Positions 14,150 through 25,089 of a DNA stretch of 64,000 bases are shown one piece after another. The position numbers were made by a program, and so were the translations under genes. The notes below the pieces were generated by a model. It had not been told where the DNA came from, did not search any database, and saw only the letters and a program-made list of their open reading frames with translations. Each line of letters opens with the position of its first letter. Position 1 is the stretch's first letter. The DNA is from Azolla caroliniana (Eukaryota; Plantae; Polypodiophyta), in the NCBI GenBank assembly GCA_043228905.1, contig JBHGNT010000021.1, positions 10,354,001 through 10,418,000 of the forward strand. Direction: 5' to 3'.

Positions 14150-14630
14150 AGAGGTTGGTTATAAATATTCCAAACTCAGAGGATTTCATCATTAGACATA
14201 ACAATAATGGCATAGCCATGAAAATCAGGTTTAGGGATTAAGCGTGGCAATTGCTATCGATGAAAAGACAAGAATAAAATGCTAGTGGCATGATGACCAA
14301 ATAAGGAGGCCACTAATGCTAATCGATGCAAGGTATGTAATGTTTTCTTCCCTATTTATATTAGGGTTTTCTCCCATGGTTGTGTTAGGTTTTGATTTTC
14401 TAGGCCCACTCCTCCGCATAAGAGGGGGTACCTTTACAAAAATTCTCCGAGGCTCCCTTGTAGGAAGCCGGGGAGTGGGGTTGGAAATAGTTTTCAACCA
14501 GCAATTGACGCGTCTCGGGAAGCCCTCACTAACTGCATCATTGCCCCAAGCGCAAAGATAAATTTGATTGTTTGATCCACCTTTCCACTTTATAGCCATG
14601 GCCCTACCCTACCTTACTATGTGGGACAAC
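14150..14630. repeat. Third copy of the unknown repeat
   Basis: Same conserved blocks as 10530-11950. Confidence 0.75.
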
Positions 14631-14929
14631 TTCTTAGTAATCGTATGATTAGCAAACAAACTTCTTTTTCTTTGTTCTATTCCTCTTCTTTGTAGTAATC
14701 AATGGAGTCGTTGAGGTCCATAAAAGACATACTGATTCAACCTTATTTGTAGGTCTTACCTTCTCCTCCTTATAGACTGCCTATGCTAACCAAATTTCTT
14801 CTAACATGGTACTAATTATCTGCTAATGGTTTTTTTTGAGCCAAAAACAAGATTTCTTAGTGTTCCCACATACAAACCGAATTGACTGTCTGCCAACTTC
14901 TCATCTACAAGTCGAATCAACCGACCAAC

Positions 14930-15160
14930 GCCGACCATCTATTGCAACTCATAGAGCGCAATTCACCTCATTAACAATCCCGTCTATCACGGAAAGACAA
15001 AGCACATTGAGGTATGGTATCATCACATCCGGGAGCTCATAACTAAGAAGAGGCTCGAAGTCCGAAAGATAGACACTGACGTGAACATCGTCGATTGTTT
15101 GACAAAGCCACTCCCAGATCAACACTTCAGAACACTAAGGACAAAGATGGGACTACGACA
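14930..15160 (+). pseudogene. Ty1/copia RNase H fragment
   Basis: 'SAIHLINNPVYHGKTKHIEVWYHHIRE...NIVDCLTKPL' matches the copia RNase H C-terminal signature. Confidence 0.8.
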
Positions 15161-16129
15161 AGCGTTCCATGCTCTCTCGTGAAGCCACGTGGAAGTCCAA
15201 CACAATAAAACAAATACATTTTTAGAATAATACATACATACTCCACATGTATGCATACATACATACATACATACCATATCCCTATGCCTCCCAAAGAACA
15301 TACATACCATATCTCTATGCCTTGTAAATTATATTATTCCACGCTACAACCTTATTGTCGGGCTCGGTGTGCATAATGAACTCGGGTTGGCCAACGCCCA
15401 TCAACCACACACCGCTTGTTCGAGATTGTAACATCTTAACAATTTTCTCTATATGCCTAAGTTACTCAGAACCCAAAACATTTAGCTACACTCTTTGCAA
15501 ATTCCAATCCAACCTAACGACACATTGTTTGAACTATATATATAGAGGTCCCCTATTTGCCGAAATGATTGTTCAACCGTTGAACTTGTTTGGAGCCCTA
15601 TATGTTTACATCTTATATATAAAGGGAAATAGAAATGGAAAAACATGCTATAGTGGTTGAACAAGAGCCCGAGAGCCCGAGAGCCCGAGAGATCATGACC
15701 CACGATGGGTGCAAGCAGTCGTCCTTCGACCATTTAGCGCTACAAGCCTTCGTCACAAGCTTGAGGGGGAGGAACTGAGACTGCCGCCACGATGAAAGCC
15801 GCATAGAAGCCGACATGGAAAGTCGGACAATGCCGAAAGCAAAACCAGATGTTGGATGCCTCACACTTGAGCTTGAGGGCGCATGAGATATCAAGCTCAA
15901 CTATATTTAGTTAGTTAGTCAACACACATGACTTAGTAGTTACCTAGATAGAATCTAGTTAGTGTGTTGACCTTAAAGCCTTAAATAGGATTTTGTACTT
16001 GAGTGAGATACGTTGTAGATCTTCCACTACCAAGTATATTTACTTCATCTCACGACTTTCTTGGATTCTCTCACAATTTTTAATTAATGGTGAATAAGAA
16101 ACTCATTTGATTAGTTTGCATAGAGCCAT

Positions 16130-16603
16130 TGTTAAGAGTCTATTACTAATCAATAGACCAAATCAAGTAAAAAGGAAGAAAATAGATTGGTTAGAAGAAC
16201 CCGTTCCACCCGACCACCCCCGAGCTATGATCTAGACATAGCCAACCTACCACCGACGTCCCATACCGCCGGATATTAGGATGACTAATACCTTGGAAGA
16301 GATAAACACGATCGTCGAGACGAAAGCCTAGCCCGCACCACCGGTGTCTACGACAGCAGCCTTCCGACGTGATGATCCCTATGAGGGTAGCTAAGCCTCA
16401 TATTTATACCTTTTCCTAGGCCCCTTGAATAGATGTGCCTTTCTAAAAGGCTCTCTATTCATTGGTTGTCTAAATCATGATAGTGCATGCACATATCATT
16501 CATTCTATCCAATCATTAGTCCCCTTTTTAATAATAGTGAACATACCCTTCACTAATGTAAATATTAGTGACCTACCCTCACCAACGTTATGTGTACATA
16601 ACA
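16130..16603 (-). repeat. 3' LTR
   Basis: Near-identical to 22772-23245. Confidence 0.97.
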
Positions 16604-16610
16604 TACTCCC

Positions 16611-19600
16611 CTACTTCAAAAGATTGCACTCTTGCAATATAAAGTGAGGAAATTGTGCCTTAAGCGAATGCTCGCGTTCCCATGTGGCATCATCAATAGG
16701 TTTATCCATCCATTTGATCTTGAATAGCCGAATCTCTTTAGAACGTAAACGTTTAGTACGAGAATCAAGAATTCGTTCAGGAACATGAGGTTTGTAAGAA
16801 AAATCCTCTAATGTTACAAGATCTTGGATTGTGATGGTGTTATCACCAGAGCCTAAAAATGGTTTTAGACGACTGACGTGAAAAACAGGATGAATACCAA
16901 CGTTACGAGGTAAGGCAAGGTGATAAGCAGATGACCCAACTCGCTTAAGGATTTCAAATGGGCCACAATATCGTGGGGCTAACTTAGCGCACTTGCCCGT
17001 AGATAATGACGTAGAATCAGTCGGGACATGCAAAAAAACTTTTTGACCAATAGTAAATGCACGAGGACGTCTATCCTGATCAGCATAAAATCGAGCACGA
17101 TCTTGAGCTGTCTTGACATTTTCTTTGGCAATATGCAACATTTGGTTCATGTCTTGCAAAAAATTGCGTGTACTGTCTAATGTATCACGATGAATCGTGA
17201 CATCAACTGGGGCACGTGGCTGAAAACCATACATCAACATAAAAGGACTATATCCAGTGGATGTATGTTTAGAGCTATTATAGGCAAATTCTAAGATAGG
17301 AAGGTATTGCTCCCACTTAGTAGGGGTTTTTGCTACATAAGCTCGAAGCATGTCCTCAATAATTTGATTAACTCGTTCAGTTTGTCCATCAGACTGAGGA
17401 TGATCTGCGGAACTCATGCTCAACATAGTTTCTAGTTTCTTAAAGACCTGAGTCCAAAAGTCACTAGTAAACTTGGAATCTCGATCACTAACAATATCCA
17501 TCGGTAATCCATAAAAACGAAATAACTCATCAACAAATTGATAAGCCAACTGTTGAGCGGTTATCGTGGTTTTTGTAGGAATAAATCTAGCTAATTTTGT
17601 TAGCCTGTCAACGACAACCCATATGGCATCATGACCCCTCTGTGTACGAGGTAAACTAACAATAAAATCCATCGAGATACTTTCCCATTTATTGTTGGGA
17701 ATATCTAAGGGATGTAAAAGACTAGCAGCTTTAAGTCGTTCTGACTTATTAATCTGACATTGTAAGCATTGAGTTACGTATTTATGCACGTCAGAGCGCA
17801 TCTTAGGCCAGAAAAAAGTACACGAGATGAGAACGAGTGTGCGTTGTATTCCAGGATGACCAGCAGATGGTGCATCATGACATTCATGAAAAATTTTCTG
17901 TTTAACATTTGGTAAATCTGGAACACAGACCTTTCCACTACGGTAGAGCAAACCGTTTGTAATGTGAAAGGTCGCCTTCGAGGGTAGGGTGCTAGTATCG
18001 GCATCTAAACCAGATTCGGCTTTCGTCCAGTATTTTGAGAAATAACTGTCATCAAGGTATTTCCCTCGAAGGTGATCTAAAAGATCAGATTTTATTTCCG
18101 TGAAGCTAAGCATGTTAACTTCTTTAATGCGACTAAGAGCATCAGCAACGGTGTTCATAGAACCCTTGCGATAGCGTATGGAAAAATCAAAATCTTGCAT
18201 AAGGTCAGCCCAACGGCCTTTACGACCAACAAGATCGGGCTGGTCACAAAAATACTTTAATGATTGATGGTCTGTTGTAACCACAAATTTATTTCCATAG
18301 AGATAGTGCCTCCATGTTTTAAGTGCGTGTATCACCGCAAACAACTCTTTCTCTTGAACCGAATACCGAGATTGAGCAGCATCAAGCTTCTTACTTTCAA
18401 AAGCAATAGGGTGACCACCTTGATAAAGAACGGCACCAATAGCATAATCACTAGCATCGGTTTCAATTGAGAAAGGCTTAGAAGGGTCTGGTAATAGAAG
18501 AGTGGGAGCCTGACACACATGCTCCTTGAGTGTCTCAAATGATTTGTCAAGTTGTTCATTCCATGAAATTGGTTTGACAGACTTACGTGGATGACCTTTT
18601 AAAAGGTCAGTTAATGGCGTAGTCAATTTGGAATAGTTACGAATTGATTTTCGTAAAAATCCAACAAACCCTAAGAATGATCTAAGTTCACGAATATTAC
18701 GAGGAATGGGCCAAAGTTTAACCTTTTCAATACGAGAAGGTTCAATTTCAACGCCATTTTCTGTAATTAAATGACCTGGGTACACAATAGATTTTTGGAA
18801 GAAGTCACATTTTGAATGTTTTGCATAGAAAGAGTTGTCACGCAACTTTCGCAAAACAAATCGAACATGTTGAACATGATCTTGCAAGGTACGACTATAT
18901 ATCAAAATATCATCCAAGAAGACGACAACAAAATCACCGAGTTGATCTCGGAAAACATCATTCATCGCTTGTTGGAATGTGTCTGGAGCATTAGTCAACC
19001 CAAATGGCATGACTAAAAACTCATAATGGCCATAGCGCGTACGAAAAGCGGTTTTAGGAATATCATCCTCGGCGATGCGAATCTGATGATAACCAGTTCG
19101 TAAGTCAATTTTCGTAAAATATCGAGCCCTGTGCAAACGATCAATCAAATCATCGGCACGAGGTAATGGATATGCATTCTTAATTGTCATTTTATTCAAA
19201 CGGCGATAATTGATACACATTCGCCACGAACCTTCCTTCTTCTTGACTAATAGAACTGGCGCACCCCAAGGTGATTTACTATACCTAATGTGGCCCATAC
19301 TCAAGTATTCCTTAAGTTGTTTAGCGATCTCATCCTCTTCTAATCGACTAAGTCGGTAAGGTGGAATGCTCACAGGAGCAGCCCCAGGGATGAGTTCAAT
19401 TTGATGGTCCACATTACGTTTAGGTGGTAAAGTAAGCGGTAATTCAGTAGGAAACACATCTTGAAAATCCTCTAAAATAGACTCGAGTAATCGTTGCTCA
19501 AAATGTGGTAATTTTGTGGCGTCAATATTAAAATAATAAAATTGAACCGCAGGATCAATTACACACGAATAAATTAATGAACTAGAATACTCACTTAAAG

Positions 19601-21014
19601 ATTTAGAAGACACAAGTGAATGAGAAGGAAGTTTGGAACATTGAATAAAATGTTTACAATTATTAAGTTCAAATGTGATTGAGTGATTAACCCAATCAAT
19701 GGACAAAGAAGGGTTTTTATTAAAAAACCAAGGATATCCTAAAATGACATCTGTGGATTGTAATTTCATAACATGAAAGTCAAGCTTCTCCAAATAAGTA
19801 TCTATTTGAATTGGCAGTTGACAAACAATGCCACTGATGTATTGAACGTTTCCATTTGCCATGTGAACTTGATAGATATGATCACTTGCGTTTATGTGGA
19901 GCTCCATTTGCTGCACAAAGTGATCATTAAGAAAATTGTGAGAACTACCGGAATCAAACAAGAAATGTGCTTGTGTTCCATTGATATATCCGACTGCTCG
20001 GAGTAAATCATTAGGTCCAAGTAAATGTGAAGGAAAAGTGCATGCACATAAACTTAAGTGATTGGTATGAACTTCAACAATATCAAAAGACTCACCTGTG
20101 TGACTCGTAGATTTGTCTTGAGGAGGGGTGTTCATTGACTTCCTCTCAAGACGACGACAGGTATCCTTTGTGTGGCCCCGCTTCTTGCAATATGCACAGA
20201 AGAGGTTCGGTTTCTTTGAGTCGCGGTCAAGAGTGTCACTGGATTGCTTACGTTTCCCAATGAACTTGACATTCGGAGTTTTGGCGAACTCAGGTTTATT
20301 GTGGTCTTTCTTGGAAGTCCTATGGTATCGCAGCACAATGTTGACGGCTTCCTCGAAAGTTGTGGGGTCCTTGTCATGGACAATCCAATGATAATCCCCA
20401 TTGGGAATACCATTCAAAAAACAAGCGACAAACCATTTCTCACCCGTAAGTCCCGATTTTTGGATCTGGGTCCGAGCGTGATGCACATAATCCTCGAGAG
20501 AGGTAAATGGCTTACTAGACAATGTGAGCAAGTGTTGCGCTTGTTCGGTTTGAGAAGGTGGCTGCAAGAATTGTTTCTTAAAAACATCAACGAAACCTTC
20601 CCAAGTTGTGGGTAAGTTTTTTGCGGTCCTTAGGCCACGCCACCAAGCAGCAGCTCGGCCACCTAACTCACAACCGACATAACCAATTTTTACTGCATCG
20701 GGCTTGGGATGAAGCTCAAAGTGAGACTCCCAACGACCAAGCCAAGTGCTAATGGCCTCCTCGGTTCTTTCTTTCTTATCTCCCTTGAAAGGCGTGACTA
20801 CGAAGGAAGGTTCACCTTCTTTCTTGGACTCAATAGTTAATTCTTGGAATTTCTTTTCCAATGCCATATTGGCCTGTCTCATTTCGGCCAATTGATTCAA
20901 GGTAGTAGTGAGCAATTGCTCAATAGTGATCTCAGCTTGTGTGCGAGATGCGGATTGGGGTTGAGAGGTCTCATTTGGAGAGATCGTTCCAACTGCGTTC
21001 AAAACTTGTTCCAT
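16611..21014 (-). CDS. gag-pol: Uninterrupted gag-pol polyprotein (1467 aa) with C-terminal chromodomain
   Basis: Zinc knuckle CAYCKKRGHTKDTC, protease LFDSGSSHNF, RT FLDDILI, RNase H ETDASD, integrase HH-CC plus SMDF/SDRD/QTER, GPF motif, chromodomain IKWMD...ATWE. Confidence 0.97.
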   Translation of the reverse strand: MEQVLNAVGTISPNETSQPQSASRTQAEITIEQLLTTTLNQLAEMRQANMALEKKFQELTIESKKEGEPSFVVTPFKGDKKERTEEAISTWLGRWESHFELHPKPDAVKIGYVGCELGGRAAAWWRGLRTAKNLPTTWEGFVDVFKKQFLQPPSQTEQAQHLLTLSSKPFTSLEDYVHHARTQIQKSGLTGEKWFVACFLNGIPNGDYHWIVHDKDPTTFEEAVNIVLRYHRTSKKDHNKPEFAKTPNVKFIGKRKQSSDTLDRDSKKPNLFCAYCKKRGHTKDTCRRLERKSMNTPPQDKSTSHTGESFDIVEVHTNHLSLCACTFPSHLLGPNDLLRAVGYINGTQAHFLFDSGSSHNFLNDHFVQQMELHINASDHIYQVHMANGNVQYISGIVCQLPIQIDTYLEKLDFHVMKLQSTDVILGYPWFFNKNPSLSIDWVNHSITFELNNCKHFIQCSKLPSHSLVSSKSLSEYSSSLIYSCVIDPAVQFYYFNIDATKLPHFEQRLLESILEDFQDVFPTELPLTLPPKRNVDHQIELIPGAAPVSIPPYRLSRLEEDEIAKQLKEYLSMGHIRYSKSPWGAPVLLVKKKEGSWRMCINYRRLNKMTIKNAYPLPRADDLIDRLHRARYFTKIDLRTGYHQIRIAEDDIPKTAFRTRYGHYEFLVMPFGLTNAPDTFQQAMNDVFRDQLGDFVVVFLDDILIYSRTLQDHVQHVRFVLRKLRDNSFYAKHSKCDFFQKSIVYPGHLITENGVEIEPSRIEKVKLWPIPRNIRELRSFLGFVGFLRKSIRNYSKLTTPLTDLLKGHPRKSVKPISWNEQLDKSFETLKEHVCQAPTLLLPDPSKPFSIETDASDYAIGAVLYQGGHPIAFESKKLDAAQSRYSVQEKELFAVIHALKTWRHYLYGNKFVVTTDHQSLKYFCDQPDLVGRKGRWADLMQDFDFSIRYRKGSMNTVADALSRIKEVNMLSFTEIKSDLLDHLRGKYLDDSYFSKYWTKAESGLDADTSTLPSKATFHITNGLLYRSGKVCVPDLPNVKQKIFHECHDAPSAGHPGIQRTLVLISCTFFWPKMRSDVHKYVTQCLQCQINKSERLKAASLLHPLDIPNNKWESISMDFIVSLPRTQRGHDAIWVVVDRLTKLARFIPTKTTITAQQLAYQFVDELFRFYGLPMDIVSDRDSKFTSDFWTQVFKKLETMLSMSSADHPQSDGQTERVNQIIEDMLRAYVAKTPTKWEQYLPILEFAYNSSKHTSTGYSPFMLMYGFQPRAPVDVTIHRDTLDSTRNFLQDMNQMLHIAKENVKTAQDRARFYADQDRRPRAFTIGQKVFLHVPTDSTSLSTGKCAKLAPRYCGPFEILKRVGSSAYHLALPRNVGIHPVFHVSRLKPFLGSGDNTITIQDLVTLEDFSYKPHVPERILDSRTKRLRSKEIRLFKIKWMDKPIDDATWEREHSLKAQFPHFILQECNLLK

Positions 21015-22004
21015 GATGCACGCTGTGGGTATGCAATAAAATAAGGAGGTTCAGAAAATACACAAGCAAAATGAATGCTTGAAATTTTGATTGAAAGAAC
21101 TTTATCCAAGAAAGTATCTCATGTCTTTACCCCTCTAGACATATGAGATGTGATTCGAGATCCGATAACTATGGTAACACTATGGTGTTTTAAAAACCAT
21201 GGGGGAAAACATAGCTAAGATGTATTTCTCGGATCTCTATCTTGAGTAATCATGGCGGCTCCACGAGGCTCAACCATGGTTCTTACATCAATGAAATTTC
21301 CTAGATAGCCTTATATTAATGCCAACCCATCATGTATTATATGGTCGAGAAAGTGTATTACGTGAAAAAACAAGTGCACTCACAAGTAATATTCTAGTCT
21401 TGCGAGCAATAAGCAAACGTGATGATAAAATGATAAAATAAGGCACTACTCATAAGAGTTAAGTAGTGACGAAAACAAGGGTAAAAAAAAAAAAGAACCC
21501 ATGTGTTACCTACGAAAAAAACAATGTCACAAATAAATGGGAAGTGCAAGGTATGCACATATACATCCCAATATGATTGTTATAACTTGCACAATTGTGA
21601 CATAAGCCACAAATTGATACAAGTGATGACGGTGTTGTGCGCAAAGATGTAATACTCAAATCCATGAGTAAAACATCAATAAGGGAACTCATATGGTTTT
21701 ACTCGTTTTCTAAGGCTTGATGATAAGAGTTAAACCTAGATGACCCGTTGAAAAAAAATCGTTCAACAAGCCACTCCATACGAAAAAAATAGTCTACACG
21801 TAAAGGTTACATTAAAAATAAACGATGTAAATACTTTATACATGAAAAGGAAGTGGAAAAAGGATAGTTAATTGTGGGCGGGTAAATAATAATTACTAGA
21901 AAATCATATAAGTGAAACAATACTTATGAAATTAAAATTTAATTAGAATAATCAACAATTAGGTGTATGGAATCAAACATGCCCTAAGATACGAAACCCT
22001 AGGG

Positions 22005-22330
22005 TAGTTGACATGCACCTCCTCAAGACCACCACCTATCCCTAGAATCGGCCAAGTAATGGCTAATTAAAGAGGAAAGTGGCATAGGTAAGTGACATAT
22101 ACCTCATCAAGGCCACATCATCCCTTAGAATCGGCCAATTGATGGCTAATTAAAAAGGAAAGTGGCATATGTAAGCTACATATACCTCGTCAAGGCCACA
22201 TCATCCCATAGAATCGGCCAATTGATGGCTTAATAGAGAGTAGAGTGGCATAGGTAGGCAACATACACCTCGTCAAGGCCACATCATCCCTTAGAATCGG
22301 CCAAGTGATGGCTCAATAGAGGGGAAGAGT
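22005..22330. repeat. Four tandem 83-bp repeats in the retrotransposon 5' leader
   Basis: AGAATCGGCC at 22044, 22127, 22210 and 22293 (period 83). Confidence 0.9.
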
Positions 22331-22771
22331 GGTATACTCAACATCATATGCAAAACGGCCATGAGATAAGCGTGTGCGATTAGAGCAAACATGCTCGACC
22401 CAATGCACAAGAATAATTATTATCGTAAGAGTTCAAGAGAGGAGAGAGTGGGATATATATCGCAATATGCAAAAGGCCATGAGTTGAGCGTGTGCGATTA
22501 GTGCAAACACGCTCGGCCCGATGCATAATAATAAGTAAAATCGTAGCGTAGTAGGAGGTAGAAAGAAAGAGAATAAAACGTAATACCAATTTGATTCGAC
22601 CATAAAGAACGCATAATAGAAAAAGAGAAGAGATCAAAAAAGAAGAATACCGGGTTTAGAGTGTTGTTTTGATCCTGAGAAGAGCATGACGAGCCTTGTT
22701 AGATCCCCCTCGCTCACACGCAAAAAACATCAAAACAACAAAAAAATTGTTAGTAAAAGCTCTGATACCAC

Positions 22772-23245
22772 TGTTAAGAGTCTATTACTAATCAATAGAC
22801 CAAATCAAGTAAAAAGGAAGAAAATAGATTGGTTAGAAGAACCCGTTCCACCCGACCACCCCCGAGCTATGATCTAGACATAGCCAACCTACCACCGACG
22901 TCCCATACCGCCGGATATTAGGATGACTAACACCTTGGAAGAGATAAACACGATCGTCGAGACGAAAGCCTAGCTCGCACCACCGGTGTCTACGACAGCA
23001 GCCTTCCGACGTGATGATCCCTATGAGGGTAGCTAAGCCTCATATTTATACCTTTTCCTAGGCCCCTTGAATAGATGTGCCTTTCTAAAAGGCTCTCTAT
23101 TCATTGGTTGTCTAAATCATGATAGTGCATGCACATATCATTCATTCTATCCAATCATTAGTCCCCTTTTTAATAATAGTGAACATACCCTTCACTAATG
23201 TAAATATTAGTGACCTACCCTCACCAACGTTATGTGTACATAACA
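22772..23245 (-). repeat. 5' LTR
   Basis: Near-identical to 16130-16603, adjacent to the PBS. Confidence 0.97.
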
Positions 23246-23964
23246 GCCATGCATAGCCAAACAAGAACAAAGAAAGCGCAATATGAGAAGAATGCAATTA
23301 GAATGAGACCCTCTTTTGATTGTACTCCATTTTGAATCCTAGAAATAAGATTTCCATAAGGCTAGGTATATCATGGAGGCAATGGCCATGCCCATGATTG
23401 ATTTGGTCATAAGGTTTATCAATGTTGAGCCATTGTTTCATTGCTATTTGGTTTCTATATATTTGCTAAAACCCAACTCATACTCAAAATCTATAAGCAT
23501 AATCAACTAGATAAATCATATAGAACCCCCGGAAATTGCACACAGGACTCTGGTGGATCGAATGATCTTGAGATTTAGGATTCCAACATGAGCTCCAAAT
23601 AAGGCTGCAAATTCAAGGTTGACGATGGTGGAAGGCAACGATACCTGTCTTGTAGTGATGGATCTAATCCGCAAGGAGTTAATTATGAGACACCAAATGG
23701 TTCAATCATAGCATGGCGAACTACTTCTCCAACTTGCTCCTCCCACCAATGGAATGGTTATACATTTCAACCTTCAACCTTTCATAACATATTTAATAAA
23801 GGACTGTCAAAGTCAAACAAGAATTATACTAGTTAAAGATCAATTGATAAGTTTGTGCAAAGGAAGTTACTTAGATGTACAAGAATCTAAGATTGGACAA
23901 AGGTTATGGCATTGCTCTAAATTGTGTGACTCTTTTCTAGAGGCACATGGAAGCTAAGTTGCTT

Positions 23965-24360
23965 AGAGTCGTTTAAAAGAATTCACGTCGATCACGCCTC
24001 TCGTCACATGACTCATCACAATTGTGAACGTGAAGATCCCGTTCCTCTTTGGACTCTCTTTCGTTGTCTTTGTAGCGTGTGTCCTCAATGGACCCCTTAC
24101 GACATCCACCATGCCTCTCCTCATCAGAATCCTCTTCCCTATGTCGATCACGCCTCTCCTCACGTGGCTCATCGCGATCACGACTGTGATGATCCTGGTC
24201 CTCATCCAACTCTCCCTTGTCTCCCGTAGCGCCTCTCATCGATGGATCCCTCACGACGTCCGCCACGCCTCACCTCTGTGGACATCCTCCTCCCTACGTC
24301 AATCGCATCTCTCCTCGTCAATGTCTCCCTCTCTTCGTCGATCACGCATTTCCTATTTGT
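23965..24360. repeat. Dispersed repeat with Arg/Asp/Glu-rich pseudo-ORF (related copy at 34140-34400)
   Basis: 'gcctctcgtcac.tgactcatcac...ttcctctttggactctct...gttgtctttgtagcg' occurs in both places. Confidence 0.7.
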
Positions 24361-24780
24361 AATCCCGTCCTACAGATCTAGCATTGGCCACGCTGCAAGC
24401 AGCTAGCATGATAACCGCCACGAGGAATAAATATGATAGTCAACTTCACCATGAGGAATAAATATGATAGTCAGCTTCACCATTGCGTGTGTTCGGAACT
24501 ATCCGGGTTCTCTCTCCACCTATTTGAGTGGGTCATACATATCAACCCTTATATACACAAGGCCATGCATGTCTAGTACTCACATGTCACTTCCCACGTC
24601 CATTCCTATAAACGTTAATGGCATGATCCATACTTGGGCCACGAAAAAGACAATTCACTTTTCACCACCACCTTTTACATGTCCAAGAGTGGCATTATGC
24701 ACCAAGAGTGGGATTATGCACTAGGCCATTTCAAATCTACTAACGTATGGATGCTTGGTCCATATTGCAACATAGACAAT

Positions 24781-24817
24781 AACACCGGGTCATTTGAAAC
24801 GGGTAATATGTCGCATT
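24781..24817 (+). repeat. Left terminal inverted repeat
   Basis: Reverse complement of 32844-32880 at 35 of 37 positions. Confidence 0.95.
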
Positions 24818-25089
24818 ATGAGAACACTACGTCGAAAAAGGGCACAAAAGCACGCAGTTTTCAAAAAGACACGACTTAAAAGGCGGCAAAATATTTTGAA
24901 TTTCAACATGACTACCACTTTGAGTCATAAGTAAAATGCCTCCAAAAATACATCACCAAAATTACAAAATAATGTACAACATGTCTACCAGTTACAATTA
25001 TACATATTCGTGAGTTTACATCCAAAACAAATTTACAAAGTTTCCGATCATGTAGTAAAACAATCCCCAGCTTGAACCAAACCAATATA

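Larger units (their letters stand above)
16130..23245 (-). mobile_element. Intact, recently inserted chromovirus-type Ty3/gypsy LTR retrotransposon
   Basis: 474-bp LTRs at 16130-16603 and 22772-23245 (TG...CA, two C/T differences seen). TSD GCCAT at 16125-16129 and 23246-23250. Met PBS TGGTATCAGAGC at 22759-22770; PPT AGGGGAGTA at 16604-16612. Confidence 0.98.

Noticed and set aside
15665-16129. Possible copia 3' end with PPT-like GAGGGGGAG and LTR start
   Set aside because: LTR boundaries, a partner LTR and a TSD could not be defined.
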